Positions 29,379 through 39,584 are shown, counted from the stretch's first letter. The stretch is 64,000 nucleotides of DNA from an uncultured Verrucomicrobiae bacterium (GCA_963764165.1 CAVXRD010000002.1:2528001-2592000), one strand, 5' to 3'. Made by a program: numbers and translations. Notes: generated by a model from the letters alone, not told the origin.

Positions 29379-29555
29379 TCAGTGAGGATTCGGACGGGTC
29401 GCCAGCCACATCGAATAACGAAACATGATATAGACGATCACACCGGGCACGCCGACTGCAATGCCTCGTTCGCGGCGATTGCCGAAGCAAAGCGCCAATG
29501 CGCCGATGATGGCGAAGGGAAGGATAAACAGGAGGAAGGGAAACGCGGACTTCAT
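29379..29555 (-). CDS. Small two-TM membrane protein (58 aa), not in the ORF track
   Basis: Translated by hand: MKSAFPFLLFILPFAIIGALALCFGNRRERGIAVGVPGVIVYIMFRYSMWLATRPNPH*. Confidence 0.45.
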   Translation of the reverse strand: MKSAFPFLLFILPFAIIGALALCFGNRRERGIAVGVPGVIVYIMFRYSMWLATRPNPH

Positions 29556-29614
29556 CGCTGGATATCAAAGCGAACATTCCACGTCGCCAACATCGGCTTG
29601 GAAAGCCAAGAAAA

Positions 29615-29708
29615 TTAAACAGGAGGAAAACCGGGAGAACAGAGAAAAATGCCCTTTTCCCAATGATGATTTTTTCACCTCCGTTCCCTCGGTCCGCCTC
29701 CCGTTCAA
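29615..29708. repeat. Imperfect inverted-repeat (REP-like) doublet
   Basis: aacaggaggaaaaccgggagaacagag ... ctccgttccctcggtccgcctcccgtt. Confidence 0.55.
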
Positions 29709-29761
29709 ATTCTTGTTTTATTCGTCGGCGCCGGCAAGAATGTTGGGGCTTTATAGAAAGC

Positions 29762-30163
29762 TCAGCGCCACTGGCCACGGGCCCAAGTGATGGTGCCGCC
29801 GTTATTGACCCAGTGGGCTTGCGACCATTTTGCGCCGGGGTGCGTTGGTTTATCCCACACACCTGGAATCCATTTCCAGTCGGTTCCAGTCCAATCCCAA
29901 TATCCACCCACCCAAAAATAGTCTGGTCCGGGTGCGGCGACCGCCACCTCGGTGCGCGCCGGAGGTTGGAACTGGAAATCGGACGAATTCCCGCCGCCGG
30001 GGCTCAAGTCGGCTTGCGATATGCCTTCGGGCGGCTGGACATTGCCCGCGTGCCTGGGTTGAGCATTGGGAGTGCTGGAATCTCCGGGTTGATGAGCGCA
30101 TCCGCTCAAAACGAGGCCAGCCAGGCCGGCTAATGCGGTGATGGAATATAATTTGAATTTCAT
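29762..30163 (-). CDS. Lipoprotein with YXWGXW/WXXGXW repeats
   Basis: Lipobox VLSGC; YFWVGGYWDW, WIPGVW, WSQAHW, WARGQW. Confidence 0.8.
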   Translation of the reverse strand: MKFKLYSITALAGLAGLVLSGCAHQPGDSSTPNAQPRHAGNVQPPEGISQADLSPGGGNSSDFQFQPPARTEVAVAAPGPDYFWVGGYWDWTGTDWKWIPGVWDKPTHPGAKWSQAHWVNNGGTITWARGQWR

Positions 30164-30376
30164 GCTGTCAGATTAACAGTGGCTTCCGTCACTTAACAGA
30201 GGGGTGAAGTTCTGATTAGGTGTTCACCTGAGGCGGATGGGGAATCAAATAATCTGGAACTCGGGAAATCAGGAAATGAGGATTAAACGGTAAACATAGG
30301 CAAACAAAGGCAAAAATTGATAAAATGCGCAATTTACGAAAGGGCGGAATTCGAGTATCGTTCATCAAGAGCCTCC

Positions 30377-31465
30377 ATGGAGTCTTTATCCTCGTCATTG
30401 CGCGCCTTTATGCGCGGAAGCCTCGCCGCGGACTTCCCGCCGACGGAGGCGGACTCCGAATTCAACCGCCTGGCGCTGGCGTTGTTTGTTTTTCAGCGGG
30501 AGAATGTTCCCATTTACCGCCAGCTTTGCGAACGGCGAAAGGTGGATGCGGCTTTAGTGCGCCATTGGATGGACATCCCGGCCTTGCCAACCAGCGCGTT
30601 CAAGGAATTTGAACTTTCCAGCATTCCAGAAAGCGAACGAACACGCGTGTTTCATTCCAGCGGAACAACGGGACAGGCCCACAGCCGGCACTTTCACAGC
30701 GCGGAAACTTTGGCGGTCTATGAAGCCTCGCTGGAGCCCTGGTTTGAGCGCCATTTCTTCAAATTTTCTCCCGCGCCTGTGCGGATGATTTTTCTGACGC
30801 CGGAAAGCGCTCCAAATTCCTCGCTCATCCACATGTTCGAGACGGTGCGCGGACGATTCGGCGCGGAAGGCTCGGCTTTTACCGGTCGCATCGGCGCGGA
30901 TGGCGGATGGGAATTGGATCTGGAAAAAACGATGGCTGCGCTCGAATCCGCCGTGGCGGAAAAGCAGCCGATCGGGCTTCTTGGGACCGCGTTTTCATTT
31001 GTGCATCTGCTCGATCATTTGCAGGCGGCGGGCAGGCGCATTGCGCTGCCGAAGAACTCACGAATCATGGAAACCGGTGGATACAAGGGCCGCTCACGCG
31101 AAGTCCCCAAGGCGGCACTGCGCAAGTTGATTACGAAATTTCTAAATGTCCCCACAACGCACATCCTCGCCGAATACGGCATGAGCGAATCAAGCTCGCA
31201 AGCCTACGACGACGAGGCGGGGGTGTTTCATTTTCCGCCGTGGGCGAGGGCGGTGGCGATTTCACCTGAAAACGGCAAGCCCGTTGAATCCGGCGAAACA
31301 GGATTGCTCCGTATATTTGACTTGGCCAACGTCGGTTCCATCATGGCGATGCAAACGGAAGATCTCGCCATCCAGCGTGCTAACGGCTTTGAATTGCTCG
31401 GACGCGCGCCTGCCGCCGAGCCGCGCGGATGTTCGCTGATGCCGTCCGCCACTTTCGCACCATGA
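30377..31465 (+). CDS. LuxE/PaaK-family acyl-protein synthetase
   Basis: IPALPTSAFK, FHSSGTTG, METGGYKGR, EYGMSE, DLAN, QTEDL, LLGR, EPRGCSL. Confidence 0.88.
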   Translation: MESLSSSLRAFMRGSLAADFPPTEADSEFNRLALALFVFQRENVPIYRQLCERRKVDAALVRHWMDIPALPTSAFKEFELSSIPESERTRVFHSSGTTGQAHSRHFHSAETLAVYEASLEPWFERHFFKFSPAPVRMIFLTPESAPNSSLIHMFETVRGRFGAEGSAFTGRIGADGGWELDLEKTMAALESAVAEKQPIGLLGTAFSFVHLLDHLQAAGRRIALPKNSRIMETGGYKGRSREVPKAALRKLITKFLNVPTTHILAEYGMSESSSQAYDDEAGVFHFPPWARAVAISPENGKPVESGETGLLRIFDLANVGSIMAMQTEDLAIQRANGFELLGRAPAAEPRGCSLMPSATFAP

Positions 31466-32829
31466 ATTTGCCAAGCTATTTCCTGGCGGACCTGCCGGCC
31501 GAGGCCGAACTCAGCCCGAGCTTGATCACCGAGGCGTGCCAGACCCTTAAGCGCAACAGTGCGCAATATCTCGAAGGCCGCTCGACGGACAGCATCATCC
31601 GCATTCTGGATCGCCTTGGACGCGAATGGTTGCAGGACAATTTCCCGTTCCGAGAAGCGGTGCTCGACGCCTCGCCCATTTCCACCGGTTTTTCCGCTGA
31701 GGTTCTGGCGGCGGGACTCGACCAGTTCTTCCAACAGTTGACGATGGAAAATCTGGAATCGCTCGTGCGCGATGAGCTCGGCCATGACCGGCGGCTCGAT
31801 GAATTTTCGCACTCCGACGCGGAAGCGCAGGCGCATCGGGCTTCGATGGTCGTCGGACCGCGCCTTCTGGCGCATTTTGCCCCTGGCAATATTCCGATCC
31901 CGGCGCTAATGGAGATGGTGCTGGGCTTGCTGGTGCGCTCGGCGCAATTCGTCAAATGCGCCTCGGGCCATTCGTTTCTGCCGCGGATGTTCGCGCATTC
32001 GCTTTACGAGGCGGATCACAAACTTGGCGCGTGCCTGGAAGTTGCTTCGTGGAAGGGAGGCGCGGCGCATTTGGAATCCGCTTTGCTCGCGGAAACGGAT
32101 TGCGTCATCGCCACCGGCAGCGACGAGACGCTAACCGCCATCCGCCACAAAATTCCCATCACCGCCCGCTTCATCGGCCACGGCGAGAAAGTCAGCTTCG
32201 GATACATTTCGCGGGAGGCGCTGGAACGAAATTCCCGCGACGTCGCCGAGCGCGCGGCGACCGATGTCGCGGCCTGGAACCAGCGCGGATGCCTTTCGCC
32301 GCATGTCTTTTACGTCGAGGAAACCTTCGATGGCACGGGCGAGGAATTCTGCAATGTGCTGGCGCAGCAATTGGAATTGCGCGAGCGCACGCATCCGCGC
32401 GGCGGATTGAGCGTGCGCGACGCGGCGGCGATTTCCAGCCGGCGCGCTTTTTACGAGGTGCGCGCGGCCCATTCGATGGCCACAAAAATGTGGACCAGCC
32501 CGGAATCAACCGCCTGGACAATCGTCCTCGAAAACGAGCCGCGGTTTCAAATTTCCTGTCAGAACCGGTTTATATATGTCAAAGTCGTCTCTGGGGTGGA
32601 GCAGGCATTGCAGGGCGCGGACACCTTGAGCCATCAAGTTTCGACGGTGGGCCTGGCCTGCGCGCCGTCGCAAACAGCGGCCCTGGCGCGGCGCTTCGCT
32701 CTATGGGGCGCAAAACGGATTTGCCCGCTGGGCCAGATGCAGCATCCGCCACTTGGCTGGCATCACGACGGCCGCCCGCCGCTGGCCGATTTGGTGACTT
32801 GGATCGATTGGGAAAAGCACAGCAAATAA
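31462..32829 (+). CDS. LuxC-family acyl-CoA reductase
   Basis: [31 protein letters not shown] (catalytic Cys), [11 protein letters not shown] overlap with the luxE-like gene. Confidence 0.88.
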   Translation: MNLPSYFLADLPAEAELSPSLITEACQTLKRNSAQYLEGRSTDSIIRILDRLGREWLQDNFPFREAVLDASPISTGFSAEVLAAGLDQFFQQLTMENLESLVRDELGHDRRLDEFSHSDAEAQAHRASMVVGPRLLAHFAPGNIPIPALMEMVLGLLVRSAQFVKCASGHSFLPRMFAHSLYEADHKLGACLEVASWKGGAAHLESALLAETDCVIATGSDETLTAIRHKIPITARFIGHGEKVSFGYISREALERNSRDVAERAATDVAAWNQRGCLSPHVFYVEETFDGTGEEFCNVLAQQLELRERTHPRGGLSVRDAAAISSRRAFYEVRAAHSMATKMWTSPESTAWTIVLENEPRFQISCQNRFIYVKVVSGVEQALQGADTLSHQVSTVGLACAPSQTAALARRFALWGAKRICPLGQMQHPPLGWHHDGRPPLADLVTWIDWEKHSK

Positions 32830-32833
32830 CGAC

Positions 32834-33208
32834 ATGGAACTGAGGAAGACATTTCAATTCGAGGCCGCGCACCTGCTGCCTCATTTGCCGGAAACCCACA
32901 AATGCCGCCGCCTGCACGGCCACAGCTTCAAAGTGGAAGTCGCCGTCGAAGGCCCGTGCGATCCCGTGCTGGGCTGGGTGATTGATTACGCGGAAATCGG
33001 CGACGCCTTCCGCCCGATTTGGGAACGGCTCGATCATTTTTATCTCAACGAAGTTCCCGGTCTGGAAAACCCAACCAGCGAAAACGTCGCGCTCTGGATT
33101 TGGGCCCAGCTCAAGCCGCGATTGCCGCTGCTGTCGGAAATCGTGGTGGCCGAGACCTGCACGGCGCGCTGCGTGTATAGAGGAACGCACTCTTCGCCAA
33201 CCTTCTGA
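32834..33208 (+). CDS. queD: 6-carboxy-5,6,7,8-tetrahydropterin synthase
   Basis: [26 protein letters not shown]. Confidence 0.93.
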   Translation: MELRKTFQFEAAHLLPHLPETHKCRRLHGHSFKVEVAVEGPCDPVLGWVIDYAEIGDAFRPIWERLDHFYLNEVPGLENPTSENVALWIWAQLKPRLPLLSEIVVAETCTARCVYRGTHSSPTF

Positions 33209-33267
33209 TTAAGCGAAATGGGCGATTCCCCGTTTTCCTCCGTGCGCTCCGCAGTACAGATAACCTC

Positions 33268-33390
33268 GGTAGGGCGAGGCTCCTGCCGAGCCGTCCCATT
33301 ATTCCTATAATTCCCATTGCTCCCATCTTTATGCGAAGACTGGGAAGAATGCGAATCATGGGAACGGCTCGGCAGGAGCCTCGCCCTACC
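33268..33390. repeat. GTAG-type REP doublet (REPIN-like)
   Basis: 27-bp perfect inverted repeat GGTAGGGCGAGGCTCCTGCCGAGCCGT at 33268-33294 and 33364-33390, between convergent genes; the same REP occurs at 39636-39725. Confidence 0.85.
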
Positions 33391-33398
33391 ATGGTTCG

Positions 33399-34403
33399 CT
33401 AAGGATTCGGGGGTTTCTCCGGCTCGCCTAAAATCTTGCGAGCTGCGGCGGCAACGCTTTCCGCCAATTCGGCGGGCTTGATGACGCGCGCGTTTCCGCC
33501 CCAGCCCAGAATCCAGCGCTCCACCTCGACCAGGCTTGAAAGTTTCATCCGCAGCTCCAAACCGCCGTCCTTCATTTCTGTCAATACTTGGGATTCGTGC
33601 CACTTTTTTTCGCGAATGTAGTCGGCCACGATTTCGTTGAACTGCAGGACGACTTCAAAATTCCCGTGGCCGGATTGCACGCCGAAGCTGTCGCGCAGCC
33701 GTTTTTCGAGAGAGAATTTCTGCGGACGGGCGAATATCTTGCCAGTGGGCTCCGCCGCCAGAATTCGCGCCGGAACAAAGGTGCGGATGTCTTTCCGCAA
33801 ATGGCACCAGGCAAAGAGATACCATTCTCCGTTGATGTTGGCCAAATGGTAGGGATCGACGATGCGCAATTCTGTGGCGCGCTGGCCGGGCTTGCGATAC
33901 GTCAACTGCAATTGTTTCCGCTGGCCGGAAGCCTTTGACAGGGCGTCGAAAATCTCCAGGTTCAAAATCGGCTCTGCCCGCGTGCGAAACGAAATCGTCT
34001 GCTCCCAATCCGCGATGCTGAGGGAAACGGTGTCGGGCAGCGAGGCGGCCATCTTTTTGAACGCGCTGATCAACGGGCGCTCGAAAGTTGTGCCGCGATA
34101 TTGCTGCAGCGCTTTTTCCGCCACCAGCAGCGCAAACAGTTCGCCTTCTGTGATCTGCAGAGTTGGAAAAGTGCCGACTTCCTGGGTGTAATGATAACCC
34201 TTGTGCGCCGCGTCGTAATCCAGCGGCAGCTCCATCCTGTCACGCATAAATTCCAAATCCCGATGAATGGATTTGGTGCTCACTTCCATCTCCGCGGCGA
34301 GGGAGGTGGCGTTGGGATAGCGGCCGGACTGAATCGCGTGATGAATCTTGAGCATCCGCTCCAGCGGCGGACGGGAACCCGGCATTGTTCTAGCTTTGGG
34401 CAT
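33399..34403 (-). CDS. HTH-WYL-WCX transcriptional regulator (PafB/C-like)
   Basis: HTH LAAEMEVSTKSIHRDLEFMRD; VDPYHL..GEWYLFAWCHLRKDIRTF; WILGWG..P.EL; start uncertain (34385/34403/34412). Confidence 0.9.
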   Translation of the reverse strand: MPKARTMPGSRPPLERMLKIHHAIQSGRYPNATSLAAEMEVSTKSIHRDLEFMRDRMELPLDYDAAHKGYHYTQEVGTFPTLQITEGELFALLVAEKALQQYRGTTFERPLISAFKKMAASLPDTVSLSIADWEQTISFRTRAEPILNLEIFDALSKASGQRKQLQLTYRKPGQRATELRIVDPYHLANINGEWYLFAWCHLRKDIRTFVPARILAAEPTGKIFARPQKFSLEKRLRDSFGVQSGHGNFEVVLQFNEIVADYIREKKWHESQVLTEMKDGGLELRMKLSSLVEVERWILGWGGNARVIKPAELAESVAAAARKILGEPEKPPNP

Positions 34404-34513
34404 GAGCGTCATTTGGCGTCTGCCAGCCCTTATGCCCGATAAAATGGGATTTGCCAAGGGCGCGGTAGCGTGGCGCATGATTAAAAGCGCATGACGAACG
34501 AAGATCTTTGGAC

Positions 34514-34632
34514 GGAGCACGACTGTGCCGCAGACCAGTCGCAGCACGTTGAAGCGAAAGGCGCGTCGATGGATGGCAACGCGCTGCGGCTGATTCTCCG
34601 TCGCTCCGCTCCGTCGAACACAGCTGCGCTCC
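34514..34632. repeat. Imperfect REP-like doublet
   Basis: ggagcacgactgtgccgcagaccagtcgcagcacgtt ... aacgcgctgcggctg...cacagctgcgctcc; related half copy at 56241-56270. Confidence 0.6.
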
Positions 34633-34645
34633 AATTGCGGCGCGG

Positions 34646-35773
34646 TCAGGTAATCTTGGAAAGAAGCTCTTCGTTGGTCTTGTGCTTCTTCAGCGCGGCG
34701 AGAATCGTCTCCATGGCCTCGATGGGATTCAGGTCGACCATCATGCGGCGGAGCTTGCGGATGGATTCCATGTTCTTGGGCGGGAAAAGTTTTTCTTCTT
34801 TACGCGTGCCGCTCTTCGGAATGTCCAGGGCCGGGAACAAACGGCGCTCCGACAATTTGCGGTCCAGGATCAACTCCATGTTGCCGGTGCCTTTGAACTC
34901 CTGGAAAATCAGTTCATCCATGCGCGAACCGGTGTCCACCAGCGCGGTGGCAATGATGGTCAGCGAGCCGCCTTCTTCAATCTTGCGGGCCGAGGCGAAC
35001 ATTTTGCGCGGGATTTCCAGCGCGCGGGCATCGACGCCGCCGGTCATGGTGCGCCCGCTGCCCCCGTGGACGCTGTTGTAGGCGCGGGCCACGCGGGTGA
35101 TTGAGTCAAGCAAAACAAAAACATCCTTGCCGCTTTCCACCATCCGGCGGCAGCGCTCGATCATGAACCGGGAGAGGCGCACATGCGTTTCCAAATCCTG
35201 GTCGTTCGAGGAGGCAACCACTTCCGCTTTGACGGAGCGCTGGAAATCCGTGACTTCCTCGGGGCGTTCGTCAATAAGAAGAACCATCACGTAGACTTCC
35301 GGATGATTCTGGGTCACGGCATTGGCAATCTGCTTGAGAATCGTCGTCTTGCCCGTGCGCGGCGGGGCCACGATCAAGCCGCGGGTTCCCTTTCCGATGG
35401 GCGTCACGAGGTCGATGATGCGCGTTTCGAGAAGGTCGGGAGAGGTTTCAAGATTGATCTTTTCGATGGGATCAATCGTCGTCAGGTTCTCGAAACGCAC
35501 GTTCTTGGTGTAATCGGCGAAAGGCTGGTCGTTGACCTTGTCCACTGAACGGAGCTGCGGACTGTTGCCGCGATGGGGCGGCTGAGTTTCGCCGGCCACC
35601 AGGCAGCCCTCGCGCAGGAAGCTGCGCTTGATAGTGTCAGGCGTAACAAAAATGTCGCTGGGCTTGGGGTGGTAGTTGTTTTCGCGGGTGCGAAGGAAGC
35701 CGAAACCCTTTTCAGAAATCTCGAGGTAGCCCGAACCATAGTCGGGCGCGGAGGCGCTGGGCGCATTACTCAT
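34646..35773 (-). CDS. rho: Transcription termination factor Rho (short form)
   Basis: GFGFLR, PIGKGTRGLIVAPPRTGKT, LLIDERPEE, LDSITR, FKGTGNMEL, SGTRKEE. Confidence 0.95.
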   Translation of the reverse strand: MSNAPSASAPDYGSGYLEISEKGFGFLRTRENNYHPKPSDIFVTPDTIKRSFLREGCLVAGETQPPHRGNSPQLRSVDKVNDQPFADYTKNVRFENLTTIDPIEKINLETSPDLLETRIIDLVTPIGKGTRGLIVAPPRTGKTTILKQIANAVTQNHPEVYVMVLLIDERPEEVTDFQRSVKAEVVASSNDQDLETHVRLSRFMIERCRRMVESGKDVFVLLDSITRVARAYNSVHGGSGRTMTGGVDARALEIPRKMFASARKIEEGGSLTIIATALVDTGSRMDELIFQEFKGTGNMELILDRKLSERRLFPALDIPKSGTRKEEKLFPPKNMESIRKLRRMMVDLNPIEAMETILAALKKHKTNEELLSKIT

Positions 35774-35962
35774 AAGTTGATTCTTTGTGCAAAAATGTGC
35801 TGAGGCCTTTTCCTGAAAAACTACCCCGAAAAAATCAGATTCTTAAGAACTTAGAATTTTTTGGAGGACCGCCGCGCCTCAGAATACGGACTGGCGCGAG
35901 TACGGTCAGACCTTCAACAACTCAAAATCTAGGCGAAGAATGGATTAATGCAACTACTTTTT

Positions 35963-36946
35963 TTAGCCGCCCACCTCAGCCTTTGCCTCGGCGGCGAGCG
36001 GAGTGCTCAAGTAGCGTTCGCCGGTGGAGCAGGCGACTGTCACTATAACCTTGCCTTTATTCTCCGGCCGCTTCGCCACTTCAATCGCGGCGGTGACGTT
36101 CGCGCCGGTCGAAATGCCCACCAGCAATCCTTCCTCCTTGGCCAGCCGCCGCGCCATGGAAAATGAATCGTCATTGCTTACCTGGATGCATTCCACAATC
36201 TGCGGATTTCCCTTGCTGTCCTTCAAATGCAGGTTTTTGGGAATGAACCCGGCGCCGGTGCCTTGAATCTTGTGCGGGCCGGGCTTCAATGGCTGCCCCG
36301 CCAAACACTGCGAAATCACCGGCGAATCCTTCGGCTCCACCGCGATGGCGGTGAAGGAAGGCTTGCGCGCCTTGAGCACTTCCGTGCAGCCCGTGATGGT
36401 GCCGCCGGTCCCTACCGCCGCGACGAGAATATCGACCGTGCCATCGGTGTCCTTCCAGATTTCCTCAGCCGTGGTCTTGCGATGAATTTCAGGATTGGCG
36501 GGATTTTCAAATTGCTGTGGAATCCAAGAATTTGGCGTTTCGCGGGCCAGTTGCTCCGCGCGCGCGATGGCGCCCTTCATTCCTTCCGTTCCAGGCGTCA
36601 ACACCAATTTCGCCCCGAGCATGGCCAGCAGCGTGCGCCGTTCCACCGACATCGTTTCCGGCATGGTCAAAATCAGCTTGTAGCCCTTGGCCGCCGCCAC
36701 AAAGGCCAGCGCAATGCCGGTGTTGCCGCTCGTCGGCTCAATGATGACCGTCTCTTTTTTCAAGATGCCGCGGCGTTCCGCGTCTTCGATCATGGCCATG
36801 CCAATGCGATCTTTGACGCTGCCCAGCGGATTGAAATACTCGCACTTCAGCAGCACGGTGGCGTCAAGCCCTTCAGTGACACGGTTCAAGCGGACGAGCG
36901 GAGTGCCGCCAACGGTTTCGACAATGTTATTGAAAATCCTGCCCAT
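35963..36946 (-). CDS. cysK: Cysteine synthase A
   Basis: [44 protein letters not shown]. Confidence 0.95.
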   Translation of the reverse strand: MGRIFNNIVETVGGTPLVRLNRVTEGLDATVLLKCEYFNPLGSVKDRIGMAMIEDAERRGILKKETVIIEPTSGNTGIALAFVAAAKGYKLILTMPETMSVERRTLLAMLGAKLVLTPGTEGMKGAIARAEQLARETPNSWIPQQFENPANPEIHRKTTAEEIWKDTDGTVDILVAAVGTGGTITGCTEVLKARKPSFTAIAVEPKDSPVISQCLAGQPLKPGPHKIQGTGAGFIPKNLHLKDSKGNPQIVECIQVSNDDSFSMARRLAKEEGLLVGISTGANVTAAIEVAKRPENKGKVIVTVACSTGERYLSTPLAAEAKAEVGG

Positions 36947-37070
36947 AAAAAAAGATGTTGATGTAAACTAACGCCGATATTGTCCCAAAGGTCAACAGCG
37001 GCAAGAACATTTTTGACCAGTCATTGAGATAATGTTTGATGACAAATCCGATTGCCTGTAAATTTGCCCT

Positions 37071-37277
37071 ATGACATTCAAAGTGGTCATCCATCCTGAA
37101 CTGACCGGCGGATACTGGGGAGAAGTGCCTGCCCTGCCGGGCTGTTACTCCCAAGGCGATACGGTGGAGGAATTGCTGGCCAACCTGCGCGAGGCCGCTG
37201 CTGGATGTCTCGAAGTTCTGTCCGAAGAAGGCCGGTCTCCAGAACCGGAAGTGCAGCTCGCCGAACTTGCGATATGA
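37071..37277 (+). CDS. hicB: HicB-family antitoxin (short, no DNA-binding domain)
   Basis: GYWGEVPALPGCYSQGDTVEELLANLREA. Confidence 0.9.
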   Translation: MTFKVVIHPELTGGYWGEVPALPGCYSQGDTVEELLANLREAAAGCLEVLSEEGRSPEPEVQLAELAI

Positions 37278-37471
37278 GGCCCATCACCGGCAAGGAACTC
37301 TGCCGGTTATTGAGAGAGGCGGATTGGGCGCTTAAGCGCATCAACGGGAGCCACCACATTTTCGGCAAATCGGGAGAGCGCAAAATCATTGTCGTACCCG
37401 TCCATGGGAATCAAACCATCAAGCCCGGATTAGCCCTCCGAATCGCCAAGGATGCCGGAATTTCGTGGTAG
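37274..37471 (+). CDS. hicA: HicA-family mRNase toxin
   Basis: MRPITGKELCRLL..W..KRINGSHHIF..VPVHGN..IKPG; ATGA overlap with hicB. Confidence 0.9.
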   Translation: MRPITGKELCRLLREADWALKRINGSHHIFGKSGERKIIVVPVHGNQTIKPGLALRIAKDAGISW

Positions 37472-37553
37472 TGTCTTCCGTCCCCATGTCCGATATTATC
37501 CGCCGAAGCACGAAGCTGGGACGGCCCAAACCGCGCGAGCAGTTACGTCCGGG

Positions 37554-38927
37554 CTAAGCCCGCGAAGCCTTCAGCACAACCTCTTCGCCTTCCCGCGCGC
37601 CGTCCACCATCAACGTCTCTCCCAGCGCGGCCACGAATTGCCGCGCCCACTCTACCATGGAATCCACCTTCTGGTCATCGTGCATGGGATCGTGGTGAAA
37701 CAAATAAAGGCGTTTGACATTGGCGTTCAAGGCCAGCGCCACCACGTCATCGACACATCCGTGCCCCCAGCCCACCCGCGTTTCGTACTCCGTCGCGTCG
37801 TATTGCGCGTCGATGACCAGCACGTCGGCGTTTCGGATGAAATCGATCAGCTTTTCGTCCATCCGGCGCGCGAAAGCGAGGATTTCCGTGGAACCGGCCT
37901 GTGCTTTGGGATCGGCATGATATTTGTAGCGTTGAAACGGCTCGTTATCCGGCAGGTAGGCGATGATTCCGGCGCTCGTGTGCAATCGATAGCCCACGCA
38001 AATCCCCGGATGGTTCAGATACATCGATTCGACCCGGATAGGGCCGATGCAAAACTCAGGCTGTTTAAGCTCCTGCAGCAAAAGGTGGCTCGGCAGCTTC
38101 TGCCAGCCGACAGGAAAGTAAGGGCTTTCCATCTGGCTGGAAAGGGCGCCCAGCAATCCGTCGCGCGCGCCTTCGTAACCGAGAATGCGCAAACGGTTTT
38201 TTGGATCGTAGGCGGCGGCGAAAAACGGAAAACCTTGAATATGGTCCCAATGCGTGTGGGAAATCAGCACGGTCAATGACAGCGGCACTCCCTTGAATTC
38301 CTCCGCAAGGCGCATGCCCAGCGGCCGAATGCCCGTGCCGGCGTCCAGAACGATCAATTGGCCGTCGGCGCGAACCTCGATGCACGAAGTGTTGCCGCCG
38401 TAACGCAAGGTGGACGGCCCCGGCGTGGCGATCGAGCCGCGCACTCCCCAAAATCGCACGATGGCCTGCCCTTCGGGAACGGCGCCGGCGGGCAGCGGCG
38501 GAAAATCTTCGCCATCGCCTTCGGCCGTCCTCTGCCGCGCGACGGCTTGGGCGCCGCCGGCCGCCTCCGGAACGGCGCGCAGCAAGCGCAAAAGATGCGA
38601 TTGCAAAATCGGTTTGACAATGCATTCGTCCGCGCCCTCCTGAAGCGCCGTCTCGCGATCCACCCCATAGCCGCCACGGGCAGTCAGGATGATTCTTGTG
38701 CCGGGGAGTTTTTCCGGCTTGGTTTTGAGGAAACGGCACAGTTGAAATCCGTTGAACCGCTGCGCTTGCAGGTCGCAAAGGATGAGGGCCGGCTTTTGTT
38801 CCAGAGCGATGGAAAGTCCGGTCGCTCCTTCATCGGCCTCCAGCACACCCCACCCCGCCTGGCGCAACCACGTGGCCAGTGCATGACGCAGCACCCGATC
38901 CTCGTCGATCAGCAAGGCGGTCTTCAT
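37554..38927 (-). CDS. Response-regulator receiver fused to an MBL-fold metallo-hydrolase
   Basis: REC (LLIDED, ILCD, KP) followed by FWGVRGS, YGGNTSC, DAGTG, SHTHWDHIQGFPFF, GWGH, FHHDP. Confidence 0.88.
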   Translation of the reverse strand: MKTALLIDEDRVLRHALATWLRQAGWGVLEADEGATGLSIALEQKPALILCDLQAQRFNGFQLCRFLKTKPEKLPGTRIILTARGGYGVDRETALQEGADECIVKPILQSHLLRLLRAVPEAAGGAQAVARQRTAEGDGEDFPPLPAGAVPEGQAIVRFWGVRGSIATPGPSTLRYGGNTSCIEVRADGQLIVLDAGTGIRPLGMRLAEEFKGVPLSLTVLISHTHWDHIQGFPFFAAAYDPKNRLRILGYEGARDGLLGALSSQMESPYFPVGWQKLPSHLLLQELKQPEFCIGPIRVESMYLNHPGICVGYRLHTSAGIIAYLPDNEPFQRYKYHADPKAQAGSTEILAFARRMDEKLIDFIRNADVLVIDAQYDATEYETRVGWGHGCVDDVVALALNANVKRLYLFHHDPMHDDQKVDSMVEWARQFVAALGETLMVDGAREGEEVVLKASRA

Positions 38928-39015
38928 CAATGAGCGCCGCCATGATGGGACTCCCGCCAAAAAACACAACTGTTTTCACCGGCGCGCAAAGTTCTTATTG
39001 CTGAGACGGGTCTTA

Positions 39016-39201
39016 GCCGTAACGATGCTCCTGACCGGGGAGCGCACGCGCCTCGCGTGCAGTGTTCCGCGCCCTCGCGGAACACATTCGGCGGACGAAC
39101 CGATTGGTGCGCTGATTCTTCGAAGGGCGACTGGCGGGGCGCCAGTCGTCTACACCCGAGGGCGGGTGTGCTCCCCGTGAAACGAACTGCATCGTTACGG
39201 C
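39016..39201. mobile_element. MITE with 13-bp TIRs and TA duplication (IS630-like), carrying a REP-like doublet
   Basis: GCCGTAACGATGC...GCATCGTTACGGC flanked by TA on each side; empty site TCTTAAGA is palindromic; internal ggggagcgcac...gtgtgctcccc. Confidence 0.7.
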
Positions 39202-39584
39202 TAAGAGATAAACCGCCGCAACAAAGATGCCTGGGGCGAAAATCAGCGAGGCGCACCATTTTTGGGATGATTCGGCCAGCCGCGCAAGCGCCATTCGGAT
39301 CACCGGCGACTGACCCTTTTTCGACAAGCCCCAGCGGGGCGAAATCTTTGTAGTGACGGGAACCATTTGGGATTAAGCCCCGTAGCGGGCGGCATAGGCC
39401 AGCGTGAGTGCAAAATTGAGATGGAGCCAGCCCCACTCTGCATAGAAAGGCGCACAAAATCAGGATCGCTCAGATGCTTTCCGAACCAGCCTCGTCGAAA
39501 GCGCAAAGGCGGCGCAACGAATGTATAGTTATTTGTGAGACACTACGCTTGCCCGTGATCTTGGCGTAAAGCCCGCTTTGAATT

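Noticed and set aside
30377..32829. Bioluminescence operon
   Set aside because: No luxA, luxB or luxD in the window.
34404..34634. N-terminal extension of the WYL ORF to 411 aa
   Set aside because: It runs through a REP-like repeat; homology starts near RPPLER.
37469..39545. TAGTGTCT...AGACACTA as ends of a transposon carrying the REC-MBL gene
   Set aside because: Only 8 bp match, with no supporting TSD beyond TA; compatible with chance.
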